A stretch of 64,000 nt of DNA, taken from the IMG/VR virus record IMGVR_UViG_3300025151_000020, positions 29,311 to 93,310 of that record. One strand, written 5' to 3'. The notes under the pieces are model-generated. The model was not told where the DNA came from. It worked only from the letters and a program-made list of their open reading frames with translations, and did not search any database. Both the position numbers and the translations under genes were made by a program. This stretch comes from a virus. Shown piece after piece: positions 22,401 to 32,152 of this stretch. How positions within the stretch are numbered: position 1 is the stretch's first letter; each line of letters begins with the position of its first letter.

Positions 22401-25400
22401 TAATGCGGCTGCCAATTCATTCAATGTGTTCAAAGCCGCAGGTGCGGAATCAACAATTCCTGCAACTTCCGCATCCACATATGCCTTGATTGACTGTTGC
22501 GATGCAGCAGCGGTGGCACTATTGGAACTCATATCATCTTGATCTAACAGAGTCAATTGTGTGTTGGTATCCGTTGAAGCAATGGTTACTGCTCCTCCTG
22601 ATTCAGTTATTGTTATGTTACTACCTGCGGTAAATGCAAGAGTTTCGCTTGATCCTAATGTGTTGCCTCCCGCAGTTACTGTTCTGAATGTGTTAGTATC
22701 GGTTTGATTTTCCCAAGTTACTGTTCCACTACCATTTGTTCTCAATACTTGATTTGCTGAACCGTCTGCGGTTGGGAATGTAAATGCGTCATTAAATGTA
22801 ACTGCACCTGTTTCCAAAACTTTGAATATCTGAGTATGACTACCTGCATGACTTGTTTTTCCATTTTTGGTTATAGCAAAGAAAGTATTATCGCTATTGT
22901 TATTGTTAGAATCTAATTGCATATAGATTTCTTCGGGTGCTTTAATTAGAATAGAATAGTTTTCCTCAAACATACCTAAGTCTTGTCTATCTCTAAATTG
23001 ATAGCCGTCATAGGGTGGTGTGTTGTCATTAGCCCCACTTACGCCAGGAATATTTAGCCCGCCTGTGAATGTTGCTATATTGTCGCTTTGCGTTCCTATG
23101 GTAAAATTACCACCTAAGTCAGCGTTAAGAGCAGTTTTAACATCAGCAGTAGTTGTAGTGTTAGTATCGGTAGCAGCGAGTGTCAAAGTTCCTGCGGCAT
23201 CATCATAAGTCTTAGTGATGTTAGACCCTGCCGTAATTACTCCTGCTACAAAGTCTTCAACCTGCTCTTGTGATAATTGTGTATTGGTGTCTGTTGAGGC
23301 AATAGTAACTGCTCCACCTGATTCTGATATGCTGACATTGCTTCCTGCCGTGAAAGCAAGAGTTTCACCTGATCCAAGAGTATTGCCACCAGCAGTTACG
23401 GTTCTAAATGTGTTAGTATCGGTTGATGCAAATGTAATCGTGTCATTACTTGCATTCGTTGTAATGGTAACATTTGACCCCTCGGCAAAGGTTAGCGTGT
23501 CTGCGGCGGCATCGGCTACAACATCAGATTGACCGCTAACTGAAATAGTCTTGAATGCCTCTCCTGCCCCACCCGATGCAGTAGTGTCAATGGAATCCTG
23601 CAAGTTATCAAGAGTCATGTACTTCCAGGAGGAAGCAGACTCATCCCAAAGCAGAATCTTATCATCAGTAGCATCCGTGCTTTCATTCAACTCAGACAAG
23701 TTTGCAGGGTCGTCTAACTTGAGGCCACTTGCCTCTTGAGCCAAACCATTACCTGCCGCAACGCTGAAAGTGGTAGAGGATAGGGCTATACCACTACCTG
23801 CTGAATACTCGGTGTTAGTATCGGTTGATGCAATAGTCACCGCACCGCCACTTTCTGTAATGGTGACATTACTACCTGCCGTAAATGCGAGAGTTTCACC
23901 ACTTGCTAATGTATTTCCGCCAGCAGTAACCGATCTAACGGCAGTAATGTATGAACCGAGATCACTAATTTGTGACTCCGTAATTGATAGTGCTGCTTGA
24001 TGCTGAGTTACGCTTCCCTCAGATATTCTTCCATTGGCAAAAGTTCCGCTTGTAATCTTCGAAGTTGCCAAAGAGGGTATGTCTGATGCAGATAAACCAC
24101 CGTCTAGTATGTTTATCTCCGCTAATGATGCAGTTATACCTAGATTCGTAAGGGCGTTTCCTTGTTGTGTTGAGTTCAATCCCTGGTTGCTAACATCAAC
24201 TCTCAACCTGTTGCCCAATGATGTTGCGGTTGTTGTTGAGAATGACGCATCATCTCCAAGAGCTGCAGCGAGTTCGTTTAGAGTATTCAATGCACCAGGA
24301 GCAGAATCAACAAGACCCGATACTTCTGCATCAACATATGCTTTGATGGATTGCTGAGAGGCGGCCGCAGTAGCACTATTGGAAGCAAAGTTGTCCTCAT
24401 CAAGAAGAGATAATTGTGTATTAGTGTCGGTGGATGCAATAGTTACTGCACCTCCACTCTCCGTTATCGTCACATTAGATCCCGCAGTAAAGGCAAGAGT
24501 TTCAGTTGAAGCAAGAGTGTTGCCACCTGCGGTTATGGTTCTAGGAGTCATGTCATCCACTACCAAATCAATAGTGCCGTCACCATCCTCATAGGTAGCA
24601 GATATTCTCGTTTCGGTATTTCCAGAGAACATTCCGCCTACTATGTCTTGAACCTGTTCGGTGGAGAGTTGTGTGTTAGTGTCGGTGGAAGCAATGGTAA
24701 CGGTATCGCTAGATGCATTAGTCGTAAGTGTCACATTAGAACCCGCTGCAAATGTTAGCGTATCGGTTGTTCCATCTGCAACTACATCGCTTTGCCCAGA
24801 TACTGATACGGTGCTGAAAGCGTTCTGATTGTTCTCTCCACCTGCACCTGCGGCAATCCAGGTAAATCCACCACTAGCCGAGTCGTAACTCAAAATGTAG
24901 TTATCAACAGGGGAGTTCGTTGCATTGAGGTGCGATTCATCAACTGCACCGTCTTTCAATTCAGAACTATCAACTGCATTTGCATCAATCTGTCCTGCGG
25001 CAACTGAGTCAAGAGTAGCCAATGCACCAAGAGCCGTGCCGTTCAATGTGATAGCATCTGCTTCCACCGTACCATCAAAGTAAGCATTCTTGAATTGTAG
25101 CGATGCCGTTCCAAGATCTATGTCGTTATTCGTCACGGGTTGTATTGCACCATTGGCGAAATCAACCTGGTCCTCACCATCAACAACGACTCGTAATACA
25201 TCAGCACTACTTACTTGTGAGAATCGCAAGCCTATATCGGTATTACCATGAAATGAGTAGGCAGGGAAGGTGTTTGAACCGCTACCAACTCGTACTATTT
25301 CTCCTACTTTCAAAATCTCATTAGCCGAATCAAAGGTAAAATTAGCATCGCCCGCTATGTTCGTGCTATTGCCAAACGCTACTTGTGTATCGGCTATGCT

Positions 25401-28400
25401 TCCTCCAATACCTCCCGCAGCTCCTGTGATAGTTACTGCACCTCCGCTTTCTGTAATCGTGATATTACTACCTGCGGTGAATGCAAGCGTTTCACCGTTG
25501 GCTAATGTATTGCCACCTGCGGTGACTGTTCTAGGTGCAGTAATGTACGATCCAAGATCACTAATTTGTGATTCTGTTATGGAAAGGGCGGCTTGGTGTT
25601 GAGTTACGCTTCCTTGAGATATTCTAGCATTGGCGAATGTACCAGATGTGATTTTGCTCGTTCCTAAACTAGGTATGTCGGATGCGGATAATCCGCCATC
25701 AAGAATATTGATTTCTGCTAAGGATGCAGTAATACCCAAGTTGGTCAGACCTTGTGCTTGTTGTGTGCTATTGAGGGATTGATTGTCATCAATTCTCAAT
25801 CTGTTGCCCAAAGAGGTAGCAGTTGTTGTTGAGAAACTAGCATCATCGTTCAGAGCCGCAGCCAACTCATTCAGAGTATCTAGGGCGGCAGGAGCAGAAT
25901 CAACTATGGATGCGGTTTTACTGTCTATGTATGCCTTGATTGATTGTTGTGTTGCTAAGTTAGTGGCCGAGTTAGAGGCCATGTTGTCTTCATCCAATAC
26001 AGGAACAACGAAGTCTATGTTGCCATCAGTATCATCATAACTTACAGAAATGAATGTTTCAGTACCATCAAGCATACCTCCAACGAAATCCTCCACTTGC
26101 TCTTGTGTTAGTTGAGTGTTAGTATCGGTAGAAGCAAGCGTTAGTGTTCCTGCCGCATCATCGTAAGTAGCGGTAACATTTGTACCACCTACAATAAGAC
26201 CATTGACATAATCTTCAACTTGTTCTTGAGTTAGTTGGGTATTAGTATCGGTTGATACGAAGTTCAACTTGCCTCCTGTATCATCATAGGTTACTGCAAT
26301 GTTGGTTTCTGTTCCTCCATCCACCATCGCCCCTACTATGTCTTGGACTTGTTCAGTTGTTAGTTGCGTATCTGTATTGGTAGTAAATGTCAGATTGCTT
26401 TGCAGGTAACTCTGCAACACAGATGTATCCATTCTTTTGAGATTGCCACCATCATTTATGACGAACTCATCTGTTGATGCAAGCCCGCTTGTTAGAGCCG
26501 TTTGCCCTGTGATATCTCCTATTACAAAGTTAGATGCTCCTGAAGTAGCAAAGTTTTGAGCTGCAATGTAATCAAATACGGCATTACCCGTTACCAAATC
26601 GCCTTCGCCATCAGCAACACCACCCGAACCATCGGTAGCAACGCCCTTTACTGCCGCAGCCCCTAATCCCAAGTTTGTTCGAGCAGTTCCTGCATTGGCT
26701 AGATCTGAAAGATTGCTTGCCTTTGCAAGTTTAGTTCCTATGCTTGTGGTAATGGTTGTTGAGAAACTAGCATCATCTCCTAATGCTTCCGCTAACTCAT
26801 TCAATGTATTCAATGTACCAGGGGCTGAATCCACCAACCCTGCAACTTCTGCATCCACATATGCTTTGATGGATTGTTGGCTTGCCGCAGCAGTAGCACT
26901 ATTTGATGACATATCATCCTGATCGAGCAGGGTCAATTGCGTGTTAGTATCTGTTGAAACAAAGTCTAGTTTTCCATTGGTGTCATCATATGTAACTGCA
27001 ATATTTGTTTCAGTATTACCGGAAACCATCGCTCCGATTATGTCCTGGACTTGTTCAGTTGTTAGTTGAGTATTCGTATCCGTTGAGGCAAGAGTTAGAG
27101 TACCTGCGGCATCATCATATGTCTTCGTTATGTTACTGCCCGCTACTACTAAACTAGCCACGATATCTTCTATTTCTTCTTGCGTCTTCCCGCTAGATGA
27201 AATTGTCACCGCACCTCCCGATTCAGAGATAGTGACATTTGTTCCTGCGGTAAAGGCAAGAGTTTCGCTATTTGCTAGGGTGTTGCCTCCTGCGGTAATT
27301 GTTCTAGGAGCAGTAATGTATGAACCAAGATCGCTAATTTGTGATTCAGTTATTGACAATGATGCTTGATGTTGTGTGATATTTGATGCAGCAATCCGTG
27401 CATCTGCAAAAGTACCAGATGTTATCTTTGAAGTTGCTAGGTTGGGTATGTCTGATGCACTTAGGTTCGCACTAATTGTATCTCCCGATAATGCAAGTCC
27501 TGATCCTACGGATAGATTAGTATCGTCACTAATGTCTATTGTACCCAATGTGATTGCTTGGCCGGATATTGAGAGGTAATCGTGGCTAGTGGTGACGAGA
27601 GTGACATCGGTTGAGTTGTCAGTTCCTGCTGCATCTACTCCTAGATTGCTTCTTGCAGTTGCGGCATTTGCCAAATCGGATAGGTTACTTGCCTTTGCAA
27701 GTTTAGTTCCAATGTTAGTAGCAATGGTCGTGGAAAACGAAGCATCATCGTTTATTGCTGCAGCTAATTCATTCAAAGTGTCTAACGCACCAGGGGCAGA
27801 ATCAACTAATGCAGAAACCTCTGAATCAACATAGGCTTTGACGGATTGTTGTGATGCTGCATGAGTAGCGGAATTAGATGCCATGTCGTCTTCATCTTTC
27901 AGATCAAGATTCAATGTAGCCGCACCGCTTGTTGCCCCACCGGATAGCCCTGTTCCTGCTACTACTGATGTGATATCTCCTGTGTTTGTAGTGTAGCCAT
28001 ACGAGAGTATCTTATCCTCAATTGCTGCCGATGTCATCAGAGATGTATCGTTATTTGCAAACGATTCACTACTGATTTGCAAACTGTCTGCTGCTAATTC
28101 AGATACTGTAATCCCGCTAACATTCAATGTAACCGTTCCACTTGCACCTCCTCCTGACAATCCTGTTCCTGCGGTAACTCCTGTGATATCGCCCGTATCA
28201 GTTGTGTATCCATAAGAAAGAATCTTGTCTTCAATTGCGGCTGAAGTCATCAAGGAAGTATCATTGTCAGTAAATGATTCTGCACTCGTTTGAATACTGC
28301 TACCTGCAAACTCAGAGATGGTTAAACCACCTACATTCAGAGTAACTGCACCTTCTGTTGCACTTCCTGTTATCCCCGTTCCGGCAGTTATGCTTGAAAC

Positions 28401-29081
28401 TAAACCAGAAATACCCGATAGTGATCCTCCTGTGATGCTAACATTGTCTGATGCTTGAGTGGCCATAGTGCCTAAACCAAGCGATGCTCTTGCCGTTGCT
28501 CCACTCTCAGATACCCATGTGCCTCCATCTCCGACAATAAATGCACTATCAGAGGGAGTAAGATTGGCCAAAGCCGTCAAATCACCATCAAGTGTTTGAT
28601 ATACATTAGAGCCAACAACTGAACCATCTGCCGGATTTACAACAGGGTCGTCTGCTCCTGCTACCAAACTGAATGTAATTACCTCAACCTGGATGGTGTA
28701 TCTGAATAGTTTCTTAGAGCGATCTGAAAGGTCGGTCCTAGTCTTGTAAATCAAACGGTCAAAGTTGTTGTTGTCACCTTTTCTGAATGCCTGTACAATC
28801 CTTCTAACCTCATTACGCATCTCAGACAGTCTTTCTCGACTCTGTACTGTTCTGCAATCTATGGTGATATTGACGTGTTCATTAACGAAATCATAGACAA
28901 GTTCTGGTTGAGCCTCGTTGTGTGCCGTTTCAAATATACGGATAACATCGGTATCAAGTAGTCTGACTCTTTTTGCATCCCCCTTATCCACATCTGCAAT
29001 ATCCTCTATGGATGGTGCAGGTGGCTTAGACCAATTTGTTGCGAGAATATCCCGTAATGCACCTATTGCATCTTTAGCCAT
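19443..29081 (-). CDS. Giant fibre protein (3212 aa) with an N-terminal tail-terminator/neck-like domain
   Basis: The first ~140 aa form a compact alpha/beta domain (ITIDCRT...RLSEMRNEVRRIV...FRYTIQVEV) at the syntenic tail-completion position. The rest is built from fibre repeats such as VDSAPxALxTLNELAAALxDDASFSTT. Confidence 0.75.
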   Translation of the reverse strand: MAKDAIGALRDILATNWSKPPAPSIEDIADVDKGDAKRVRLLDTDVIRIFETAHNEAQPELVYDFVNEHVNITIDCRTVQSRERLSEMRNEVRRIVQAFRKGDNNNFDRLIYKTRTDLSDRSKKLFRYTIQVEVITFSLVAGADDPVVNPADGSVVGSNVYQTLDGDLTALANLTPSDSAFIVGDGGTWVSESGATARASLGLGTMATQASDNVSITGGSLSGISGLVSSITAGTGITGSATEGAVTLNVGGLTISEFAGSSIQTSAESFTDNDTSLMTSAAIEDKILSYGYTTDTGDITGVTAGTGLSGGGASGTVTLNVSGITVSELAADSLQISSESFANNDTSLMTSAAIEDKILSYGYTTNTGDITSVVAGTGLSGGATSGAATLNLDLKDEDDMASNSATHAASQQSVKAYVDSEVSALVDSAPGALDTLNELAAAINDDASFSTTIATNIGTKLAKASNLSDLANAATARSNLGVDAAGTDNSTDVTLVTTSHDYLSISGQAITLGTIDISDDTNLSVGSGLALSGDTISANLSASDIPNLATSKITSGTFADARIAASNITQHQASLSITESQISDLGSYITAPRTITAGGNTLANSETLAFTAGTNVTISESGGAVTISSSGKTQEEIEDIVASLVVAGSNITKTYDDAAGTLTLASTDTNTQLTTEQVQDIIGAMVSGNTETNIAVTYDDTNGKLDFVSTDTNTQLTLLDQDDMSSNSATAAASQQSIKAYVDAEVAGLVDSAPGTLNTLNELAEALGDDASFSTTITTSIGTKLAKASNLSDLANAGTARTNLGLGAAAVKGVATDGSGGVADGEGDLVTGNAVFDYIAAQNFATSGASNFVIGDITGQTALTSGLASTDEFVINDGGNLKRMDTSVLQSYLQSNLTFTTNTDTQLTTEQVQDIVGAMVDGGTETNIAVTYDDTGGKLNFVSTDTNTQLTQEQVEDYVNGLIVGGTNVTATYDDAAGTLTLASTDTNTQLTQEQVEDFVGGMLDGTETFISVSYDDTDGNIDFVVPVLDEDNMASNSATNLATQQSIKAYIDSKTASIVDSAPAALDTLNELAAALNDDASFSTTTATSLGNRLRIDDNQSLNSTQQAQGLTNLGITASLAEINILDGGLSASDIPSLGTSKITSGTFANARISQGSVTQHQAALSITESQISDLGSYITAPRTVTAGGNTLANGETLAFTAGSNITITESGGAVTITGAAGGIGGSIADTQVAFGNSTNIAGDANFTFDSANEILKVGEIVRVGSGSNTFPAYSFHGNTDIGLRFSQVSSADVLRVVVDGEDQVDFANGAIQPVTNNDIDLGTASLQFKNAYFDGTVEADAITLNGTALGALATLDSVAAGQIDANAVDSSELKDGAVDESHLNATNSPVDNYILSYDSASGGFTWIAAGAGGENNQNAFSTVSVSGQSDVVADGTTDTLTFAAGSNVTLTTNASSDTVTIASTDTNTQLSTEQVQDIVGGMFSGNTETRISATYEDGDGTIDLVVDDMTPRTITAGGNTLASTETLAFTAGSNVTITESGGAVTIASTDTNTQLSLLDEDNFASNSATAAASQQSIKAYVDAEVSGLVDSAPGALNTLNELAAALGDDASFSTTTATSLGNRLRVDVSNQGLNSTQQGNALTNLGITASLAEINILDGGLSASDIPSLATSKITSGTFANGRISEGSVTQHQAALSITESQISDLGSYITAVRSVTAGGNTLASGETLAFTAGSNVTITESGGAVTIASTDTNTEYSAGSGIALSSTTFSVAAGNGLAQEASGLKLDDPANLSELNESTDATDDKILLWDESASSWKYMTLDNLQDSIDTTASGGAGEAFKTISVSGQSDVVADAAADTLTFAEGSNVTITTNASNDTITFASTDTNTFRTVTAGGNTLGSGETLAFTAGSNVSISESGGAVTIASTDTNTQLSQEQVEDFVAGVITAGSNITKTYDDAAGTLTLAATDTNTTTTADVKTALNADLGGNFTIGTQSDNIATFTGGLNIPGVSGANDNTPPYDGYQFRDRQDLGMFEENYSILIKAPEEIYMQLDSNNNNSDNTFFAITKNGKTSHAGSHTQIFKVLETGAVTFNDAFTFPTADGSANQVLRTNGSGTVTWENQTDTNTFRTVTAGGNTLGSSETLAFTAGSNITITESGGAVTIASTDTNTQLTLLDQDDMSSNSATAAASQQSIKAYVDAEVAGIVDSAPAALNTLNELAAALGDDASFSTTITTSIGTKLAKSSNLSDLANAATARSNLGVDAAGTDNSTDVTLVTSSHDYLSISNQAITLGEIDISDDTNLVAGTGISLSGDTLNVGGLTVSEIAAGSIQLSSESFSNDDTSIMTSAAIEDKILSYGYTTGMTFVIEDDDGTEVSISNSEEIKFLSGDTSIDINYSDISPGSDADPFDLDFRTIHAPYLKTDDDRDFAPEDLANTLREISGRFSTKTGLEDGSTTNASDYVDVLVLDTFTGHTGGDANLLAFAKNSTKRIYHYRADQDDTDWGTASTLAYTSDIADLTVSDLAASAVVTESEGIGSNDNDTTLPTSAAVKDYVDNNAGGASALGDLSDVTYSSGDLTISSLDTLVVGGFTIDSSGDLTFDAAGDQIYFKDDGTTRFQFNLDSTPEIDVTGNFTIDGSGDISFDAGSPTWRFKSAGTEYFRIAMISSGDIVLQNTTDDKDLYLRGIDGGVTTDFLRFDASNAGEAIFSGNLTIPGEIRHSNDTNNSIAFGTDTQTFETGGSSRLDISDSGVRLGGANSRVTTILDEDNMASDSDTALATQQSIKAYVDANAGGGGASALNDLSDVTYSSGDLTISSLDTLVVGNFTIDSSGDISLDADGADIRLKDAGTTYANLAHDSGHFKIKAVVNDADMYFMVKDNNSNVNALILDGSEAGAATFNAGVTIGGNLDTNSQNIIIDDNHGILDDSSNEQLLFGKTTSANSYIKIWNGISDTTAGTLFGTDVVHNSNNTTSAGRITGPGLEATGDETDVGLSFKTKGLGHFVFTNDDTTTARGPIMHLIRYIDQGDVSDDDDIGNIRFTGADSSMLDVGSVEAIHDYRDYGNIIMTIRDQTSGNADGEMRFRIMVNDSQREILSVGVNKFAHGDTPAAGVAAKAGQMRTFSSNQTLDYDDYAGLYLVATSAMTFTLPASPNRGEQYVIISNTTGTVTISANGSDTMNGSTSNQTITTRYEAKTFIAVDSSEWIVLG
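20550..28400 (-). repeat. Interspersed modular coding repeats within the fibre gene
   Basis: Five copies of DSAPxxLxTLNELA, about six of RTxTAGGNTLxxxETLAFTAG, three of MTSAAIEDKILSYGYTT and many QEQVxDxV...YDD units; similarity is visible at DNA level. Confidence 0.9.
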
Positions 29082-29340
29082 TCATCAACACCTCCGAAAA
29101 ATTGTCTTTTGCGGCCTTCAAAGCCACCCTGAAGGCATTATTTTCAATTTGTTTCATTACATTTGCTTCTATTTCTTCATCTGTGAAGCCAAGTCCATCT
29201 GCGGTAGCCATTTGCCTTTCTTGGGATAAGAGCATCTTATACATGGCTGGCTCGTTTTGCTCAACGGCCTTCAAAGCCCTTGACACTTGCCTCTCTGCGT
29301 CTTGCAGGGATTTCAAATACTTCACTAAATCTGAAACCAC
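29074..29340 (-). CDS. Hypothetical neck-region protein
   Basis: 88 aa, tightly packed between the adaptor and terminator-fibre genes. Confidence 0.55.
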   Translation of the reverse strand: MVSDLVKYLKSLQDAERQVSRALKAVEQNEPAMYKMLLSQERQMATADGLGFTDEEIEANVMKQIENNAFRVALKAAKDNFSEVLMNG

Positions 29341-29343
29341 AGC

Positions 29344-30939
29344 TCAACCACCCATACCTGCGACTATTATTCCTTCTTGGTATGGGATCAGGATTCTCTT
29401 TACTTCTTCTTCTAACTTTTGAATCTTAGAAGGGAGATCCACATTCTGCGTACCTTCTGGAAACATAGCAGTATAATCGTCAGTCATCATGATGTCCAAA
29501 GCAACTAACTTGGTACAAGCATCTTCTATTGCCTTGTCAAGATATCTTTCGCCATAAATATAGCATATCTTGAGGCTATGATTCTCAAAGAATGGATATT
29601 GATTGTTGAACATGATTGCACCATTGTCTTCCATTGACCACCAATCCTTTTGCCTTTGTTCATCGGTAGCATCACTATCAAACCTGGTTTGATATACTTC
29701 GGTGCTTGCAGATATGTTTGCTACGAAATCAGATGTCAAATCATCTGCAACCGTTATTGTGTTGCCACTTCTAGTGCATCTTGCCACTCGGATGGTAGTT
29801 CCTGTACCGTAGTAGTATAGACCATTTCCTTGAACAAACGCAGAGGCATCATCCAACACAAAACTACTGCCATTTACTGATGAAACTGTGGCATTTATTG
29901 TATTTGATAATCCAAATGTGAATGTACTGAGATTAGTAACTGCTATTGTTGTATCCTCTCCTTCATCGGTTGATCTCATACTACTGATTAGTACAACCCC
30001 ATCGCCCTCATCGCTATTAGCGGTAGCCAAGAACTCATGACTAACATTGAGGGCTTTGCTATCTTCAGTCATAGTTCCTATCTGAATAGCAGTTTTTCCT
30101 GTTGCATCGTCTTCATTGATTAGATTGCCAATTTGACTTGCAATAGTTTTGACTCCGAAATCCTTTGCCCATGTGGTAGCAGTAGTTCCACTTGTCAAAG
30201 TTGCAGTATGTCCTATGTTTGGACATAGGAATATTTTGTCTGTATTGTTGAATAGATGAGGATCACTAACAGTTAGTTCCACACGGGATGAGGCTAACTC
30301 ACGATAGTGATCCCCCTGCCATACACCCATTCGCAATATCCTTTGGATTGAACGGTTTCTAAGATATACTGCTCCAACATAATCAGTATAGTATCTTCTT
30401 CGGTATGGCTTGAATGTAGTAAAGTTTTGATATTCATCGGTGACAAGTCTTGGCCTCCATGCCATTCTAGTAATCTTGTCAATGTAATCCTGCCTTCTTT
30501 GGATTAGTAATTCAACTTGTGATTTGCTTATCCCTCTCTGCGAGGAGTTGGAAAGTATGGAACTAGGTTGAACATACGCACTATTGGATTTGGTATATGC
30601 CGTTCCAGGGTCAGTAGCTTTGAGGACAACACCTCCACTTGATCCTAACGATGCAACTCCTGTGAGAGTCAATGTACTGCCCAATGCATCCACATCATCA
30701 TAGACAGTAACCGAATCTCCACTTGCGAATCCCCATCTTCTGTAATCAGCTCCTGCTATTGGTATCTTGATTATAGTGACACCACTTTCAGTTGCCGTGC
30801 TAGTATCAGCAATGAGTTCTGTTGGTTTAGCATCGGGTAGTTGTAGGTAAGATTCAACCTTTGCAACAGTAGTATATACTAATTCGGAAGGATACAGAGG
30901 TTGGTCGGGTCTATGCCCTGGTGTGAATACTCGTGGCAT
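29344..30939 (-). CDS. Head-tail adaptor/connector protein with inserted domains
   Basis: YTTVAKVESYLQL...VELLIQRRQDYIDKIT at the N-side and LKICYIYGE...AIEDACTKLVALDI at the C-side resemble the split HK97 gp6/SPP1 gp15 adaptor pattern. Confidence 0.7.
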   Translation of the reverse strand: MPRVFTPGHRPDQPLYPSELVYTTVAKVESYLQLPDAKPTELIADTSTATESGVTIIKIPIAGADYRRWGFASGDSVTVYDDVDALGSTLTLTGVASLGSSGGVVLKATDPGTAYTKSNSAYVQPSSILSNSSQRGISKSQVELLIQRRQDYIDKITRMAWRPRLVTDEYQNFTTFKPYRRRYYTDYVGAVYLRNRSIQRILRMGVWQGDHYRELASSRVELTVSDPHLFNNTDKIFLCPNIGHTATLTSGTTATTWAKDFGVKTIASQIGNLINEDDATGKTAIQIGTMTEDSKALNVSHEFLATANSDEGDGVVLISSMRSTDEGEDTTIAVTNLSTFTFGLSNTINATVSSVNGSSFVLDDASAFVQGNGLYYYGTGTTIRVARCTRSGNTITVADDLTSDFVANISASTEVYQTRFDSDATDEQRQKDWWSMEDNGAIMFNNQYPFFENHSLKICYIYGERYLDKAIEDACTKLVALDIMMTDDYTAMFPEGTQNVDLPSKIQKLEEEVKRILIPYQEGIIVAGMGG

Positions 30940-30954
30940 TGCTATTCATCCTCC

Positions 30955-31257
30955 CTATCTCCCTAAATTGTAATCCATATCACACCCGCATCCCGCACAA
31001 CTTGGTGTCCAACAGAAATGGAGCAGACCGCACTCTTTGCATCGTGTGCCTGATCCAATGTTTTGAATGTCATATCTTTCTCTACCTCGAATCTTCACAC
31101 GGATAGTTTCGGCTTTGGCCAGGTTCTCCTTACTAAACGGAGAATCGTCTGTTTTTATTGACCCTTCGTTTGTAGCAATCTCTGCCATCCGTGTTTTACG
31201 GCGGCGTTCTATCGCATGGGCTTCTTCAAAGCAAATCTCGTCAAGTTCTAAGGCCAC
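30955..31257 (-). CDS. Zinc-ribbon protein
   Basis: CKECG...CAGCG at the C-terminus. Confidence 0.6.
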   Translation of the reverse strand: MALELDEICFEEAHAIERRRKTRMAEIATNEGSIKTDDSPFSKENLAKAETIRVKIRGRERYDIQNIGSGTRCKECGLLHFCWTPSCAGCGCDMDYNLGR

Positions 31258-31272
31258 ACGGCAAGCCCCCTA

Positions 31273-31584
31273 TCAGGCTCGCCCACCTGTAACTGTGACA
31301 TATGTTACGGTTGAAGAAAGGTTAGTTGCATTTGCGACCTCATCTAATGCCGCACTATCCGCTCCTGCTTCATACGCCAAAACCTTCTTGTTGGATCTAT
31401 CGTATTGGAATACATATCCTCCACTTACTTCAATCCCAACGGTTTCTATGTTTGATACATATGTCGTCAAGTCAAGTGCTTCTCCACCCGTTGGATACGA
31501 GCTATCAAATGTGATCTTCAGAGCAACAGTCAAGCGGTTGCCTGTTACGTTTGTTCTTCCCAATTGCTCTACTGTCAATGCCAT
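31273..31584 (-). CDS. Putative capsid decoration/cement protein
   Basis: Small beta-rich protein (ITFDSSYPTGGEALDL) in the head module, with its own promoter motif. Confidence 0.5.
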   Translation of the reverse strand: MALTVEQLGRTNVTGNRLTVALKITFDSSYPTGGEALDLTTYVSNIETVGIEVSGGYVFQYDRSNKKVLAYEAGADSAALDEVANATNLSSTVTYVTVTGGRA

Positions 31585-31624
31585 ACTGAACTCCCCTTTG
31601 GTTCAATCCTATTTAACTACTATT

Positions 31625-32152
31625 TTACTCATGAAGTATGACTATGCGGGCAGTTCCGCCCGAAAAAGTGCCATTAGAGGTCGCTAGGGTGAATCTTACC
31701 CTCCCACAGACCAATCCGTTCCATGCAGCGGGTTCGTCAATTGTTACGCCACCGACAGTAGCACTCGCAGGTGCGGTTACTGTGAAATGAAGACCACTCG
31801 TATTACCCCCATCTGCATTCATGTTCCCACCTTCTGATGTTTGGAAATTGTAAGGAACAGTTACTGCGGTCCTAACATCAAAGTTTGCAAGGGTGTCGCA
31901 GTAAGGATACTCAACTCCTTCGCTATCTTCAACATCCATAGTAATCTTCAATGAACCTGTTGTACCTGCATTTGCATTGCAAGTTAGCCTGGAACAATCT
32001 AATACGAGTCTTCCTATCTTGCCATTAAGATCCAAAGTTCCACTCAATGAGTTGGTGCTATCAGCAGTTAGAGTTAGCACTCTGCGGTTTGCACGAACAC
32101 GGCTCGCATATCGGCCTGATCCATCGTCAATGTCTGCGAATGAATCAGTCAA
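31625..32152 (-). CDS. Putative virion structural protein (beta-rich)
   Basis: 175 aa in the post-MCP cluster. Confidence 0.45.
   Translation of the reverse strand: MTDSFADIDDGSGRYASRVRANRRVLTLTADSTNSLSGTLDLNGKIGRLVLDCSRLTCNANAGTTGSLKITMDVEDSEGVEYPYCDTLANFDVRTAVTVPYNFQTSEGGNMNADGGNTSGLHFTVTAPASATVGGVTIDEPAAWNGLVCGRVRFTLATSNGTFSGGTARIVILHE

Noticed and set aside
20550-28400. Fibre repeats read as a CRISPR array or a DGR template/variable pair
   Set aside because: The repeats are in-frame coding modules that appear to differ mostly at synonymous sites; no adenine-specific pattern was noticed and no reverse transcriptase is in the window.
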